A model generated the notes under the pieces. It searched no databases, had not been told where the DNA came from, and saw only the letters and a list, made by a program, of their open reading frames with translations. The translations under genes and the position numbers were made by a program. Below are positions 1 to 11,000 of a stretch of 64,000 nt of DNA, piece after piece (position 1 is the first letter of the stretch; every line of letters begins with the position of its first letter). The DNA is taken from positions 32,001 through 96,000 of the forward strand of contig CBEVQO010000002.1 of NCBI GenBank assembly GCA_965552055.1, in the 5' to 3' direction. The stretch comes from an uncultured bacterium. Its GTDB lineage: Bacteria; Hydrothermota; UBA3073; NMUJ01; CBEVQO01.

Positions 1-21
1 TAACTTTTTTGTATTCTGCCA

Positions 22-2055
22 TCAGTGTAAGAGAGCTTTTCTCGACAGAATGGGACGACCAAGTGGGTCAACATCTATAACCTTACACGCTACCTCATCA
101 CCTACTTTTAAAACATCTTCTACCCTTCTTACTCTTCTCTTATCAAGCTGGGAGATATGTATCATTCCTTCTTTTCCCGGTGCTATCTCTACTATCGCTC
201 CGTAAGGCAAAATACGCGTCACCCTACCTATGTAAATTTTGCCAATTTCTACATCTTCAACTATATTTCTTACAATTTCGGCAGCTCTTTGAGCAGATGA
301 TTCTGTCTGCGCCTTTATATACACTTTTGACTCATTAAAGTCAACAAATACATCTGCACCTGTTCTCTCTTTTATCTCTCTAACGACTTTTCCACCGGGT
401 CCCACCACCATTGCTGCCCTTTCTGGTGGTACGGGCACCACAACGAGCTTTGGTGCATACTGCGATATGGAGCGAGGTTTTTTAATCGTGCCAAACAAAT
501 AATCAAGCGTCTTCATACGAGCTTCGCGTGATTGCTCTATTGCTTTTGCAAGTAAGTCAAGTGATAAACCTTTTTTCTTTATATCGAGTTGAATTGCTGT
601 GATGCCATCTTTTGTCCCTGCTATCTTGAAATCCATATCACCATAATGGTCTTCCTCACCAATAATATCTGTAAGCACGATTTCATCAACAAGTCCCATT
701 GCAACACCTGCCACATGGGTTTTTATGGGCACGCCTGCATCCATCAAAGACATAGATGCACTGCAAACAGTAGCCATAGAAGATGAGCCATTTGAAGATA
801 AAATATCGGAAACAACTCTTATGGTGTATGGGAAGTCATCGGGAGATGGGATAACCGCTTCAAGTGCCCTTTCTGCAAGAAAACCATGCCCTATTTCCCG
901 ACGCGAAGGCGCTCTTAAAGGTTTTGTATCTCCTGTTGAAAAAGGCAAAAAGTTATAATGCAACATAAAACTTTTCCATGTTTCTTCTTCAAATAATTCA
1001 TCCAGTTTTTGTTCGTCTTCTTTTGTTCCGAGTGTTGTTGTGCACAAACTTTGTGTCTCACCCCTTGTAAACAATGCAGAGCCATGAGCACGGGGCAAAA
1101 GTCCAACTTCACATGTTATTGGACGCATATCCGCAGGTCCTCTGCCATCAAGACGCACACCACTTTTCAATATCATATCCCTCACAATTTCTTTCTTCAT
1201 CTCTTCAAATACCATATCTATTTCGATTTCGCTGTATTGCTCTTTAAATTTCTCTTTTGCCTCCTGTTCTATCTCCTGCACTTTTAACTTCCTTTCTTTC
1301 CTATCTTTAATTTCTGCAAGTTCTTTTAACTTATCAAAATAATCTTTTCTTAAAAGTTCTTTTAATTCATCCGAGGGCTTTAAAGGTTCGTAATTACTTT
1401 CTTTTTTGAATTTCTCCTGCCACTCACAAATTCTTTTTATCTCCTTTTCTGCGATTTCAAGAGCTTTTATAATATCCTTTTCGGGAACCTCTTTTGCAGA
1501 TGCTTCTATCATTGTTATTCCTTTTACGGTACCCGCAACAACCATATTTAACTTGCTTTCTTCAAGTTCAGAATATGTTGGATTTATAACAAATTCTCCA
1601 CCTATTAAGCCTATTCTTACAGCTCCAACAGGTCCTTCAAAAGGAATACCGCCCGATAAAAGCGAAATTGACGCACCATTTATCGCAAGCACATCCGCAT
1701 CATTTTCCTGATCAAAAGATAAAACATTACCAACAATATGGATACTGTCCCTGAAATCCGGGGGAAATAAAGGACGGATTGGGCGGTCGATCAACCTTGC
1801 ACTTAAAACCTCTTTATCTGTGGGCTTGCCTTCTCTTTTGAAAAATCCGCCTGGAATTTTACCAGCAGCATCCCTTTTCTCCCTGTAATCACAAATCAAA
1901 GGAACGATGTGGGATTCTTCTCTTTGACCTCTACATGCCGTAACAAGCACAATCGTATCACCATAACGCAAAAGACAGGAACCATCAGCATTACCAGCAA
2001 CTTTGTTTATCTCTATCTGTAATTCCCTACCCCCTATCTCAATCTTATCAAGCAT
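22..2055 (-). CDS. pnp: Polyribonucleotide nucleotidyltransferase (PNPase)
   Basis: 677 aa; GKIPGGFFKREG, ARLIDRPIRPLFP, RREIGHG, SNGSSSMA, GDMDFK motifs; C-terminal KH and S1 domains. Confidence 0.98.
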   Translation of the reverse strand: MLDKIEIGGRELQIEINKVAGNADGSCLLRYGDTIVLVTACRGQREESHIVPLICDYREKRDAAGKIPGGFFKREGKPTDKEVLSARLIDRPIRPLFPPDFRDSIHIVGNVLSFDQENDADVLAINGASISLLSGGIPFEGPVGAVRIGLIGGEFVINPTYSELEESKLNMVVAGTVKGITMIEASAKEVPEKDIIKALEIAEKEIKRICEWQEKFKKESNYEPLKPSDELKELLRKDYFDKLKELAEIKDRKERKLKVQEIEQEAKEKFKEQYSEIEIDMVFEEMKKEIVRDMILKSGVRLDGRGPADMRPITCEVGLLPRAHGSALFTRGETQSLCTTTLGTKEDEQKLDELFEEETWKSFMLHYNFLPFSTGDTKPLRAPSRREIGHGFLAERALEAVIPSPDDFPYTIRVVSDILSSNGSSSMATVCSASMSLMDAGVPIKTHVAGVAMGLVDEIVLTDIIGEEDHYGDMDFKIAGTKDGITAIQLDIKKKGLSLDLLAKAIEQSREARMKTLDYLFGTIKKPRSISQYAPKLVVVPVPPERAAMVVGPGGKVVREIKERTGADVFVDFNESKVYIKAQTESSAQRAAEIVRNIVEDVEIGKIYIGRVTRILPYGAIVEIAPGKEGMIHISQLDKRRVRRVEDVLKVGDEVACKVIDVDPLGRPILSRKALLH

Positions 2056-2060
2056 CTATT

Positions 2061-2087
2061 ATTTTATTAATTTTTCAGGAATGTCAA
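2061..2087 (-). promoter_or_regulatory. Sigma70-like promoter of pnp, probably leaderless
   Basis: TTGACA-N15-TAAAAT-N5-ATG; no Shine-Dalgarno. Confidence 0.75.
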
Positions 2088-2100
2088 CAATTTTTATTAA

Positions 2101-2276
2101 AATTATTAGCCCCGCCTCCGCTGTCCCCACCTTCCCGATTAAGTCAGCCCACTCCTTCAGCTAAAATACGCAGACAGCAGATAAAGCCACAACCCCTGCT
2201 ATAACCACATCCCCGTAATGGGCTGACATATCAACCCATTATGTAATGGGCTCGGCTACGCCTCGCATTAAAAATT
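2101..2276 (-). repeat. Mosaic intergenic repeat, copy A (short, inverted relative to the others)
   Basis: Reverse complement carries both family ends: AATTTTTAATGCGAGGCGTAGCCGAGCCCATTACAT and GGGAAGGTGGGGACAGCGGAGGCGGGGCTAA. Confidence 0.8.
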
Positions 2277-2301
2277 GACAATCCTATTTTTTAATTATCA
2301 T
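2275..2301 (+). promoter_or_regulatory. Sigma70-like promoter of the cupin gene
   Basis: TTGACA-N15-TATCAT, then GGGAGG ribosome-binding site. Confidence 0.65.
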
Positions 2302-2325
2302 TATAGATGTGAAAGGGAGGTTAAA

Positions 2326-2667
2326 ATGAAGGTGAAACATTTTGAAGAAGTAAAGGCTCTGGATGTTGTGCAGGAAGGAGCCAGAGATGTAAAAGTGAGA
2401 TGGCTCATCACCAAAGAAGATGGTGCAAGGAACTTCGCAATGAGATTATTTGAAGTGAAACTAGGAGGCTACACACCCTGTCACAAGCACGACTACGAAC
2501 ATGAAGTTTTCATACTGGAAGGTGAAGGAAAACTGCTCCTTGAAGGTAAAGAGTATGATTTGAAACCGGGAGTTTTTGCATTTGTACCGGAAAATAAAGA
2601 ACACCAGTTTAAGAATACAGGAGAAAAGATATTAAAATTTTTATGCCTCATTCCCAACAAAGATTAA
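2326..2667 (+). CDS. Cupin-domain protein
   Basis: HxH...EHE and HQF cupin motifs; start moved to ATG 2326 after GGGAGG. Confidence 0.9.
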   Translation: MKVKHFEEVKALDVVQEGARDVKVRWLITKEDGARNFAMRLFEVKLGGYTPCHKHDYEHEVFILEGEGKLLLEGKEYDLKPGVFAFVPENKEHQFKNTGEKILKFLCLIPNKD

Positions 2668-2676
2668 TGCGGATAA

Positions 2677-3048
2677 CTACAATTTAAAAGGAAATCTCAA
2701 AATCTCCTTCAAACTATATTTTTTGATATTTTCTTTTTTATCCACGATTATTATTTCCATATCAGGATTGAATTCTGCCATAACCTGCAAACAAGCGCCA
2801 CAAGGATACATCATCTTATCCGAATAAATTACAATTTTTTCAAATTCTTTTTCGCCTTCGGATACGGCTTTCAAAATTGCGACTCTTTCTGCACAAACAG
2901 TAAGGGAATAAGATACATTTTCAACATTACATCCTGTAAATATTTTGCCCGATTTCGTAAGCAGAGCTGAACCTACTTTTATCCCGGAATAGGGAGAATA
3001 TGCGTTTTTAGCCACTTCCTTTGCCTTTTCTATTAATTTGCGCACCAA
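2677..3048 (-). CDS. cdd: Cytidine deaminase
   Basis: AYSPYS, GCNVEN, CAER, PCGAC motifs; start at TTG 3048 or GTG 3045. Confidence 0.95.
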   Translation of the reverse strand: MVRKLIEKAKEVAKNAYSPYSGIKVGSALLTKSGKIFTGCNVENVSYSLTVCAERVAILKAVSEGEKEFEKIVIYSDKMMYPCGACLQVMAEFNPDMEIIIVDKKENIKKYSLKEILRFPFKL

Positions 3049-3051
3049 AAA

Positions 3052-3125
3052 TGCCCCTGGCGGGACTCGAACCCACGACCCCCGGTTTAGGAAACCGGTG
3101 CTCTATCCAACTGAGCTACAGGGGC
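3052..3125 (-). tRNA. tRNA-Arg (anticodon CCT), CCA not encoded
   Basis: GCCCCTG-TA-GCTC-AGTTGGATA-GAGC-A-CCGGT-TTCCTAA-ACCGG-GGGTC-GTGGG-TTCGAGT-CCCGC-CAGGGGC-A folds as a full cloverleaf. Confidence 0.97.
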
Positions 3126-3134
3126 TCATCCTTT

Positions 3135-3161
3135 ATTATAATCATTTTACAAAAATGTCAA
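3135..3161 (-). promoter_or_regulatory. Promoter of tRNA-Arg/cdd
   Basis: TTGACA-N15-TATAAT, 9 nt upstream of the tRNA. Confidence 0.75.
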
Positions 3162-3169
3162 CCTTTTTC

Positions 3170-3196
3170 TTGACATTCAAATATCAAAATTATAAT
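3170..3196 (+). promoter_or_regulatory. Promoter of ABC operon, probably leaderless
   Basis: TTGACA-N15-TATAAT-N6-ATG. Confidence 0.75.
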
Positions 3197-3202
3197 AACA
3201 CG

Positions 3203-3937
3203 ATGCTCAAAATTGAAAATTTGCATTTCACCTATAAAAAACCAGAAGTTTATGCGTTGAAAGGAGTTTCTCTCACAATTGAAAGAGGAAAAGTTTATGC
3301 ACTGCTTGGTCCAAATGGTGCTGGTAAAACAACCCTCATAAACAATGTGCTCGGATTTTTAAAACCAGACAAAGGCAAAATCTATTTTGATGGCGAAATT
3401 TTAACACCACAGAGAAAAGATTTACTGACAAAAATAGGATTTGAGCCACAGGAAACTATTCTATGGGAAGAATTAAATTGCGAGGAGCACTTATTTTTAA
3501 TTGGAACACTTTATGAAATTCCAAAAGATGAATTAAAAGAAAGAGTGCATTTTTTGTTAAACCGCCTGAATTTATATGATAAGCGTAAAACCCGTGCAAA
3601 ACATTTATCCGGGGGTTTACGGCGCAGATTACAGCTTGCTATGGCTTTTTTATCTGACCCTCCCCTTTTGCTTCTTGATGAACCCTCTCTCGGTCTCGAC
3701 CCACAATCACGCCATTTTTTATGGGACTTCATAAAAGAAAAAGTAAAAGAAGGAAAAGCAATTCTTTTAACAACTCATTTGATGGAAGAAGCGCAATCAG
3801 TCGCAGATACAGTGGGAATACTCGATTATGGTAAACTGATTGAAGAAGGAACACCCGAAGAACTCATAAAGAAATATTCTGCAAAAAACCTTGAAGATGT
3901 ATTTTTGAAGCTCACAGGAAGAGAATTAAGAGAATGA
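3203..3937 (+). CDS. ABC transporter ATP-binding protein (DrrA/ABC-2 type)
   Basis: GPNGAGKT, LSGG, LLLLDEP, TTH; the ORF-track N-terminal extension is antisense tRNA, so real start is ATG 3203. Confidence 0.93.
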   Translation: MLKIENLHFTYKKPEVYALKGVSLTIERGKVYALLGPNGAGKTTLINNVLGFLKPDKGKIYFDGEILTPQRKDLLTKIGFEPQETILWEELNCEEHLFLIGTLYEIPKDELKERVHFLLNRLNLYDKRKTRAKHLSGGLRRRLQLAMAFLSDPPLLLLDEPSLGLDPQSRHFLWDFIKEKVKEGKAILLTTHLMEEAQSVADTVGILDYGKLIEEGTPEELIKKYSAKNLEDVFLKLTGRELRE

Positions 3938-5097
3938 AAACCTATGCAATTTTCATAAGCAATTTTAAAGAATGGATAAGGTCAAGAGAAGCAATGTTTT
4001 TCTCGCTTTTCTTTCCACTCATTTTTATCGTAATTTTTTCTTTCATTTTCAAAGGGGGAACTTATTCACCTGAAAGAACTTTTAAAATCGTGATAATTGA
4101 TAAGCAAAAAAGTTTTTATTCAAAAATTTTAATAGATGTGTTGAAAAACAAATTAAAATATCCGAGTGGCAAAAATATGTTTGATGTTATTTTAAAGGAT
4201 AGTATTGATGAAAAAATAATTCAGGATTTGAAATATGGCAAAATTTCGGGGATTATTGAGATACCTTCCGATTTTCCAAAATCCAATCCTATTCTTACAG
4301 GTTTACAGGGGGCGTTTGACTTTGCCATTCTTTCACAGATAATGAACGGGATTCTTGAAAAATTTGATGAATTCATGAAAAAAGGCAAAATTGAACAAAA
4401 AGAGTTTGTAAAGGTAAAATCAATCAGTCCATCAAAATTTACAACTTATGATTTTGTAATTCCGGGGATGTTCATCTTCGGCTTATTAATGCTAATTTCA
4501 AGTGTTGCATCGGGCATAACTTCGTATTACGAAAAGGGTCACATAAAGCTTTTGCGTCTCACAAAGATAACATCCTTTGATTTTCTTGCTGGACACCTAT
4601 TTTCTGCTTTATTAATTTCACTTTTACAATTTTTCATTATGTATTTTACTGCGAGATTATTTGGTTATCATCCGCAAGGCAATGTTTTTGCTGTTTTGCC
4701 TTTTATCCTGATTGGTGGGATTGGTATGGGCTCTATTGGATTATTGATTTCTTCCTTTGTAAAGACAACAAATGGTGCTGTTGCTTTATCAAATGTCATA
4801 GGGATACCTGTTTCTTTTGCATCGGGAGTATTTTACTGGATGAAATCACCCGTACTATTTAAGGATTTCTTTGGACAAAATTTTGAAATACTTGACCTTT
4901 TACCATGGCGTCATCTCTCCGTTTTACTAAAAGTATCGCTAACAATGGGCGAAAATCCCTTTTCACAGCTGCGTCTGATTACTTTCCTCACAATCGGAAG
5001 TTTAATCCTTTTCATTATCTCTATCATCATATTCAACCGCAAAAGATTACGCCATTATTTAGGTGGGAACATTCTTCTTATTAAGAATAAAGCATGA
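3934..5097 (+). CDS. ABC-2 type permease
   Basis: N-terminal TM helix, soluble loop, multi-TM C-terminal half; ATGA overlap with the ATPase. Confidence 0.9.
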   Translation: MKTYAIFISNFKEWIRSREAMFFSLFFPLIFIVIFSFIFKGGTYSPERTFKIVIIDKQKSFYSKILIDVLKNKLKYPSGKNMFDVILKDSIDEKIIQDLKYGKISGIIEIPSDFPKSNPILTGLQGAFDFAILSQIMNGILEKFDEFMKKGKIEQKEFVKVKSISPSKFTTYDFVIPGMFIFGLLMLISSVASGITSYYEKGHIKLLRLTKITSFDFLAGHLFSALLISLLQFFIMYFTARLFGYHPQGNVFAVLPFILIGGIGMGSIGLLISSFVKTTNGAVALSNVIGIPVSFASGVFYWMKSPVLFKDFFGQNFEILDLLPWRHLSVLLKVSLTMGENPFSQLRLITFLTIGSLILFIISIIIFNRKRLRHYLGGNILLIKNKA

Positions 5098-5112
5098 TAC
5101 TGACCCAACAGC

Positions 5113-5140
5113 TTGACAAATTTCAAAAGTTTGCTATAAT
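5113..5140 (+). promoter_or_regulatory. Orphan sigma70-like promoter
   Basis: TTGACA-N16-TATAAT with TG extension; no intact ORF downstream. Confidence 0.45.
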
Positions 5141-5317
5141 TGACTGAATAATTTGGTGAAAAATAGAATGGCTTGAGTTTATAGTCTTAAAATGAAATTG
5201 GGAGAAATCATTAGCAGGAAAGTTCAGATGATAATCACAAATGAGCACAATGAAGTGTAAAGTGTGTCAATTGCAACTTTTAAGTTCCAAACTACGGAAT
5301 TTAAAGACACCTTCACT

Positions 5318-5760
5318 TAATTGTTCATAAAGAGTGGCAATTTCTTACAATTATCAGCCGCTTTCCATGTAACTAATGAAATAAATTGTTTCTCTGCTCC
5401 AAAACGAATTAAATATCATTTTCCATAAGCAATGCCTATATGAATCAAAGAGAAGTTAGCATCTGTTACATATATTAACCTTTTCTCTACAGCATACTTT
5501 TTTAATTTTTCGGCCATATAAAGTAATATCATACAATCTTTTTTTATCTGTACCCAGTTGTTTTCTATGAGTACACAAGCACCATCCCCCGTATGTCCTA
5601 AAAATTGGGCATTATTTTCAAAGTAAAGTCTAAGAAAGGTCTTTAATAGCATTATTTAACTGTTAAATATTATGAACCCTGTATAGTTTTTCTTTTCTCT
5701 GAAATACTCTGTTGATTTTGTAAAATCGACAAACATTTTAATCTGACCTCTACATAGGGG
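5318..5760 (-). pseudogene. Class III nucleotide cyclase-like pseudogene
   Basis: One frame reads MFVDFTKSTEYF...FNS*IMLLK...FLGHTGDGACVL...IHIGIAYGK*YLIRFG...; FxDxxxST, GDG and IGIxxG motifs interrupted by two stops. Confidence 0.6.
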
Positions 5761-5776
5761 GCAAAAGGAATTTCTT

Positions 5777-6967
5777 TCAAATACCACTTATTACTCTTTT
5801 TAGGAAATTTTCTGTGTAAGAAAACCGTAGTTTTTTCAAGAAGATTTCTAAGATTATATTCCTTAAGGTGAAAAATAGCTGTAATTCGTCACACTGGTCG
5901 CCGAGTGCCTTTCTATCTAACTCTCCCCAGTGAAGGAGAGAACCACGGATACTGTGAATTACTTGTATATTTCGCTCTTTGAAGCACCGATATTTTTTAT
6001 AGTCAATTTTATATTTTTCCATTAATAATTTTAAACAAGTCTTACAGAAATTCCCTTTATCTCCTGGCTGTTTGCCCTTGCAGTTTTCGCAAAGTCCCTT
6101 TGACAATATTTCGAGAGATAAGATGATAAAAATTAATCGATGCAAAGAGTTAATTTCACTTTGGCTTTTTAAAAAATAATGCAGCGCATGTAGAAATTGT
6201 TTACCTTCATCTGAAGGCATTTTTATGTAGGCCGGATATGCTTGGTTTAAATATTCTCTAAATAAAGTGGATTGCTATTATAGTAAGGATATTCTGGCCG
6301 ACTATAAGGAACACAATTTTTGAATATTATTTTTGATTTGATTTTTTTCGTCTAAGTATGTCTTTCGGCTCCAAACAACATTATAACCGTAATAGACTCT
6401 AATGAGGGGTAAAATGTTCTCTATAACCTTGTCAGTCTTTTTTTCAATATTTTTATTATTTGGAATATCAAAAAATTGTATGCAATTTGTTACTTGTGGG
6501 AATAAATCAGGTAAAAAGTCTCTTAATGATGGATCTATTAACTCTTTAACCGGATAAATTTGACATTTTAGCCCTTCTATTGGCAATTCAATTGAGGGTA
6601 ACCATGTGTTAATAATTAGGTCATAAATGATTTTATTAAATTTATCACCGTCTTTCCATTTCAATTCAATGAATGTAGCCGGTACACAAACAAAATTATC
6701 TCTTTTATAAATGAATCGTTCGAATTTCAAAGAACCCGAGAAAGGTCCACCTTCTTCTGTTTCTCCAGTAAATAGAACTTTTTTATTGAGCAAGTTGGCT
6801 AAATATAACATAAAATTATCCATGTCCTTTGACTCTAAGTCTTTCATTCGTATTGTAAGTTGCCCGTTAAAAAGTTGCTCTATTTCAAATTCTATGCTCC
6901 GTTGTCGATGATTAAGAGAGAGTTTTCCTTTTCCTTTCAATATTTCTGACCATAACTCCATGTTCAT
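5777..6967 (-). pseudogene. HEPN-domain protein (ApeA-like architecture), split by frameshifts
   Basis: 221-aa and 147-aa ORFs joinable by two frame changes at about 6330 and 6270; C-terminal part has RGSLLH (Rx4H) followed by G. Confidence 0.55.
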
Positions 6968-6971
6968 CGTT

Positions 6972-6999
6972 ATTTTATCTCAGAAAATATTTTTGTCAA
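6972..6999 (-). promoter_or_regulatory. Promoter of the HEPN pseudogene, probably leaderless
   Basis: TTGACA-N16-TAAAAT-N4-ATG. Confidence 0.6.
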
Positions 7000-7062
7000 G
7001 GGAGATTTTTTAATAAGAAGCAATATAAAAAGCTCTTTTATTTTTAAACCCCAAATTATATC

Positions 7063-7089
7063 TTGACTTTTTCAAAAATGTGATAATAT
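7063..7089 (+). promoter_or_regulatory. Promoter upstream of a small stem-loop
   Basis: TTGACT-N15-TAATAT. Confidence 0.5.
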
Positions 7090-7093
7090 AAAA

Positions 7094-7161
7094 ATGGGGC
7101 CGGGAGAAAAATGCCAAAAGAGCTCTGGGACCCAAATATAAAATGCGTCTCCCGGCATCAT
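7094..7161. other. Long-loop inverted repeat (candidate sRNA or terminator)
   Basis: ATGGGGCCGGGAGA ... TCTCCCGGCATCAT arms around a loop of about 40 nt. Confidence 0.4.
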
Positions 7162-7170
7162 TTAACTTTC

Positions 7171-8061
7171 TCATTTAAATTTAAATGAAAAGTCGAGTTT
7201 GTGAGTGTTTTTGAGTTCTGGATGCGTTGAGTAAGCATAATTTATGCCGAAATTCCTGTAATTAAGCCCAAGACCGCAGGTAAATTTGCCATTATCGAGT
7301 CCAAATCTCAACTTCGCTTCTTTAATCATGCTCCACTCGATGCCAGTGTGAAATGTAAAGGGATAACCTGAAGAAAGTATCCTCGATGTCTGCAATGACA
7401 AAATCAACACATCGTATCCTTTCCAGTAAGAGAGAGCTAATCCCACATCTGCAGAAGGTTTGAGTTTATCCGTATATCCTGTGTTCCACTTTATCCTTGT
7501 GAAAATGTCAGAAATTCTTATTCCTGTATAAATTCGCAAAGCAGAAGCAGGTAAATGTATTTTTGGCGCAGAATAGAAAATGCCAAAGTTAAAACCAGCT
7601 CCAAAGCCTTTTGACCTGTGCAACTCCATTCTGTAAAATTTAAGGGTTATACCTGCAGAAAAATCTTTTATTTTATGTCCAATACTTAAATTGTATTCTT
7701 CTGTCAAAAATTTCGCAGTGCCGAGATAGACAATTTCTGGGTAGTTCGTTCCCGGTAAAGTATCGCCTGATGTAGTTTGTTGCCATTCCGTGCTTACCCT
7801 TATTAGCCCAAATCCCATTGGTATATTTCTAAATCTTTTACAGATAGCGATATAATCATATTTTGTCTGTGCAGGAAGCTCTGTATGCATGTAAAGTATT
7901 TCTCCGTGATAAAGTTGAGTTAATGCGGATGGATTGAAGATTACGGAGTTTACATCATAAAGTGCACAGAATGCATTGCCGAGTGCCGAAGGTCTTGCTC
8001 CTGTCCCCACATTCAAATAATCAAAATTTGTTCCCCATGCTATCAAAAATATCAATAACAT
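7171..8061 (-). CDS. PorV/PorQ-like outer-membrane beta-barrel (T9SS-associated family)
   Basis: GARPSALGNAF and FNPSAL N-terminal motifs, amphipathic strands, aromatic C-terminal strand; GGAGGTG RBS. Confidence 0.8.
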   Translation of the reverse strand: MLLIFLIAWGTNFDYLNVGTGARPSALGNAFCALYDVNSVIFNPSALTQLYHGEILYMHTELPAQTKYDYIAICKRFRNIPMGFGLIRVSTEWQQTTSGDTLPGTNYPEIVYLGTAKFLTEEYNLSIGHKIKDFSAGITLKFYRMELHRSKGFGAGFNFGIFYSAPKIHLPASALRIYTGIRISDIFTRIKWNTGYTDKLKPSADVGLALSYWKGYDVLILSLQTSRILSSGYPFTFHTGIEWSMIKEAKLRFGLDNGKFTCGLGLNYRNFGINYAYSTHPELKNTHKLDFSFKFK

Positions 8062-8070
8062 ATCACCTCC

Positions 8071-11000
8071 TTACTTTATAACCGCTATCTTCCAGATTGA
8101 TTCTGCACTTTCCTCCTCTGTCTTCGCTATCACTTTACAGATGTAAACTCCATTGAGCACGATGTCGCCAGCAAAGTTCCTGCCATCCCATGTAATATCC
8201 AGCCTGCCACTTAATACGGGTATTTCCTCGCTCCATATGAGATTGCCTGCAAGTGTATAAATCTTAACTTTCACCTCTGCTGGCTTATTCACCTTCACCG
8301 CTATTTTGGCTGTATTTCTCAATGGATTGAATGGATTTGGATAACTCGCAACTTCAACATTCAAAGGCTCATCCACTGTGAATATAGAAATCGGCATTTT
8401 TACAGCTCCAAATTCAGGTAATTTGAAGCGCTGAACCCTGTCATTGTTTCTGTCTGCTACATAAATCTCTTTTACAACATCACCTTCATAGCAAAGCGAA
8501 ATGCCACAGGGTTTGTTGAATCGCCCCGGTTCTTTTCCAAATTCTCCAAATATCAGTAACCTGTTTCCAAATCTATCGCACATAACAATTCTATCCGCAT
8601 TCCTTTCGCAAATCCATATATTCTTATGTCTTGAGATTTCAACATCTGCGGGATAATCAAAATTCTCTATTTCCATAACCCTGAATGCCGTATCAAATAA
8701 GTTCACATAGTATTTAACAACTTTGCCACTGCAGGCAAGGCATGTGAAAATGTAAGGGCTGTCAACTCCAACTCCTTCACATTTATGTGCAGGAATCGTA
8801 AATACAATGTTTGCAGAATCATCAAGGAATGTTAGCCTATCCCAATTTCTTTCTGCTACAACTATGTAATCGCCATAAAAGTTTATACCTTTTGGATGAT
8901 TTAGTCCCGTTGCTGAATAAACTTCATTTCCTGACAAATCAAATCCAAGCACAGTAAGATGCGTATGACCCCACCACAATGTCGTATAAATTATTTCTCC
9001 ATTGAACCTTACAGCATTTGGATGATGCAAACCTGTTATTTCTCCAACAAAATTACCCCAGTAATCAAAGTATGCAATCCTCTTATTGTTTCTGTCTGCT
9101 ACATAAATCCATGAGTTTCCATCTGGTAAAATGTGCACACCTTCAGGTTTATGCAGACCTGTTATTGCGAGGTCAAATTGTGGCTCACAGCGAAAGATTA
9201 TCCTTCGAAATTCAGAAGTGTTTAACACAACATCCTGTGCTGTTAATCTCAAAACATAAATTCCGTCGGATAAATCTTTTGCATTGAACCAGCCAAGGAT
9301 TGTGTCTATCATCTGACTTTTGCCCTCGGAGATGATTATCCAGTCGGATGGTGAAATTCCCTCTCCATACTCTAATTTCCACCATGCAAAGTGAACATCA
9401 CTTACCCTTCCATAAACCGGCACATTTTGGTTTACCATGCAGGACTCTGTTGGTGAGATTATAAAACATTCAGGCTGTGTATCATCCAGTATAAATTCAT
9501 GGGATTTTACATCTTCTGTGTTTTCCACATTGTCAACCGCATAATGGGAGATTGTGTGTATGCCATCCTGTCCCTGCAAGCCCCAATCTTCCAGAGTGAA
9601 TACAAAGTGAGTATCCGGTATCTCCTGCCATGGCATGGAATCCACTCTATAAACTATCTTTTGCACGCCCGATGCAACATCTGCGGATAATGGGTCTTCT
9701 GCTCGCAATGTGAAATCAGTATGCGATGTGATAATAGTTGAATCACCATAGCTATAAGAAGGTGTGCCAGTTATCAGTTCAGAAACAGGCGGTGTATCAT
9801 CCACTGCTAGTGATTTTTCCTTTGTTTCTTCACGATTACCGAGTTTATCAACTCCATAGTAGTAAAGTGTATGCAAGCCTTCACCCCATTCAGCGAGTGT
9901 GAATGTTGTCTCTGCAACATAAATCCTCTTTTGTGATGCATCGCACCACCAGTAGCCAGTATCTACTCCGCATCCTTCGTCCGTTATTGTGAGAGTTAAA
10001 TCCGTATGTGATGTAATGTACATTGGATTGTAGCTGTATCTGGGTTCACCGATTGTCAGTTGGCTTACAGGTGGTGTGTTATCGAGGTAAACCGTGATTA
10101 TTTTGTGTCCTTCTTCATTTCCAATGTTATCAATTGCCCAGTATTCAATCTGATATTCTCCATCTTCTCCTGTTATTGTGAATGCCACGCTATCGCCTAA
10201 AATTACATTTTCCAAACCATTTATCATGTAGTGAATTTCTTTTACTCCGCTTGATGCATAACTTATCACTGGGTCTTGTGCTTTAAGTGTTATTTTAGTG
10301 CTTGATGTTAGCCACAGCTTGCCTTCTTCATCCTGATATTTTGGTTCACCGAATGTGATTTGTGTTTGAGGCGGTGTTTCATCGATTATAACTTCTTTTT
10401 GATTTACATCTTCTGTATTCAGGACATTATCTTTTGCATAATGGTAGATTGTGTGTAGTCCATCTTCTCCTTGCAAGCCGAAATCAGCAAGTGTAAACAC
10501 AATTTGGGTATCACTAACAGATTGCCATTTATTTTCATCCACTTTATAAATTATTTCTTTAACTCCTGATGCTACACCTGCAGAAACAGGGTCAATCGCC
10601 GATATTTTTAAAGGTGTCTCTGAACGCACAAATATCATATTTTCTGCTTCATATCGTGGTTCTCCTATTTCAATATTTGACACAGGCGATGTATTATCAA
10701 CATAAATTGTCTGGAATTCGGTTCTTTCCGTATTTCCAAGATTATCCACAGCATAGTATTTTACATTGTAAATTCCCTCCGATGGCAGAGTGAATTCTCC
10801 TCCCTCTACCCAGTATCCTGCAAAGTTGTAGTATCTGCTTTTCACTCCACAGCCTTCATCTATTGAGAAAATCATAATCAATGAATTAGAAGTCACAAAT
10901 CTTTTACCATCAATCAAAATAGTAGGTGGCTCGAAAGTAAGATGTGAAGAGGGTGGTGTATTGTCGAGGTAAACAATGGTATCAATGGTTAAACTTCTAT

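Noticed and set aside
3038..3202. N-terminal extension of the ABC ATPase in the ORF track
   Set aside because: It is the antisense of tRNA-Arg plus two promoters.
3052..7000. Integrative element at tRNA-Arg
   Set aside because: No duplicated tRNA 3' end and no integrase were seen.
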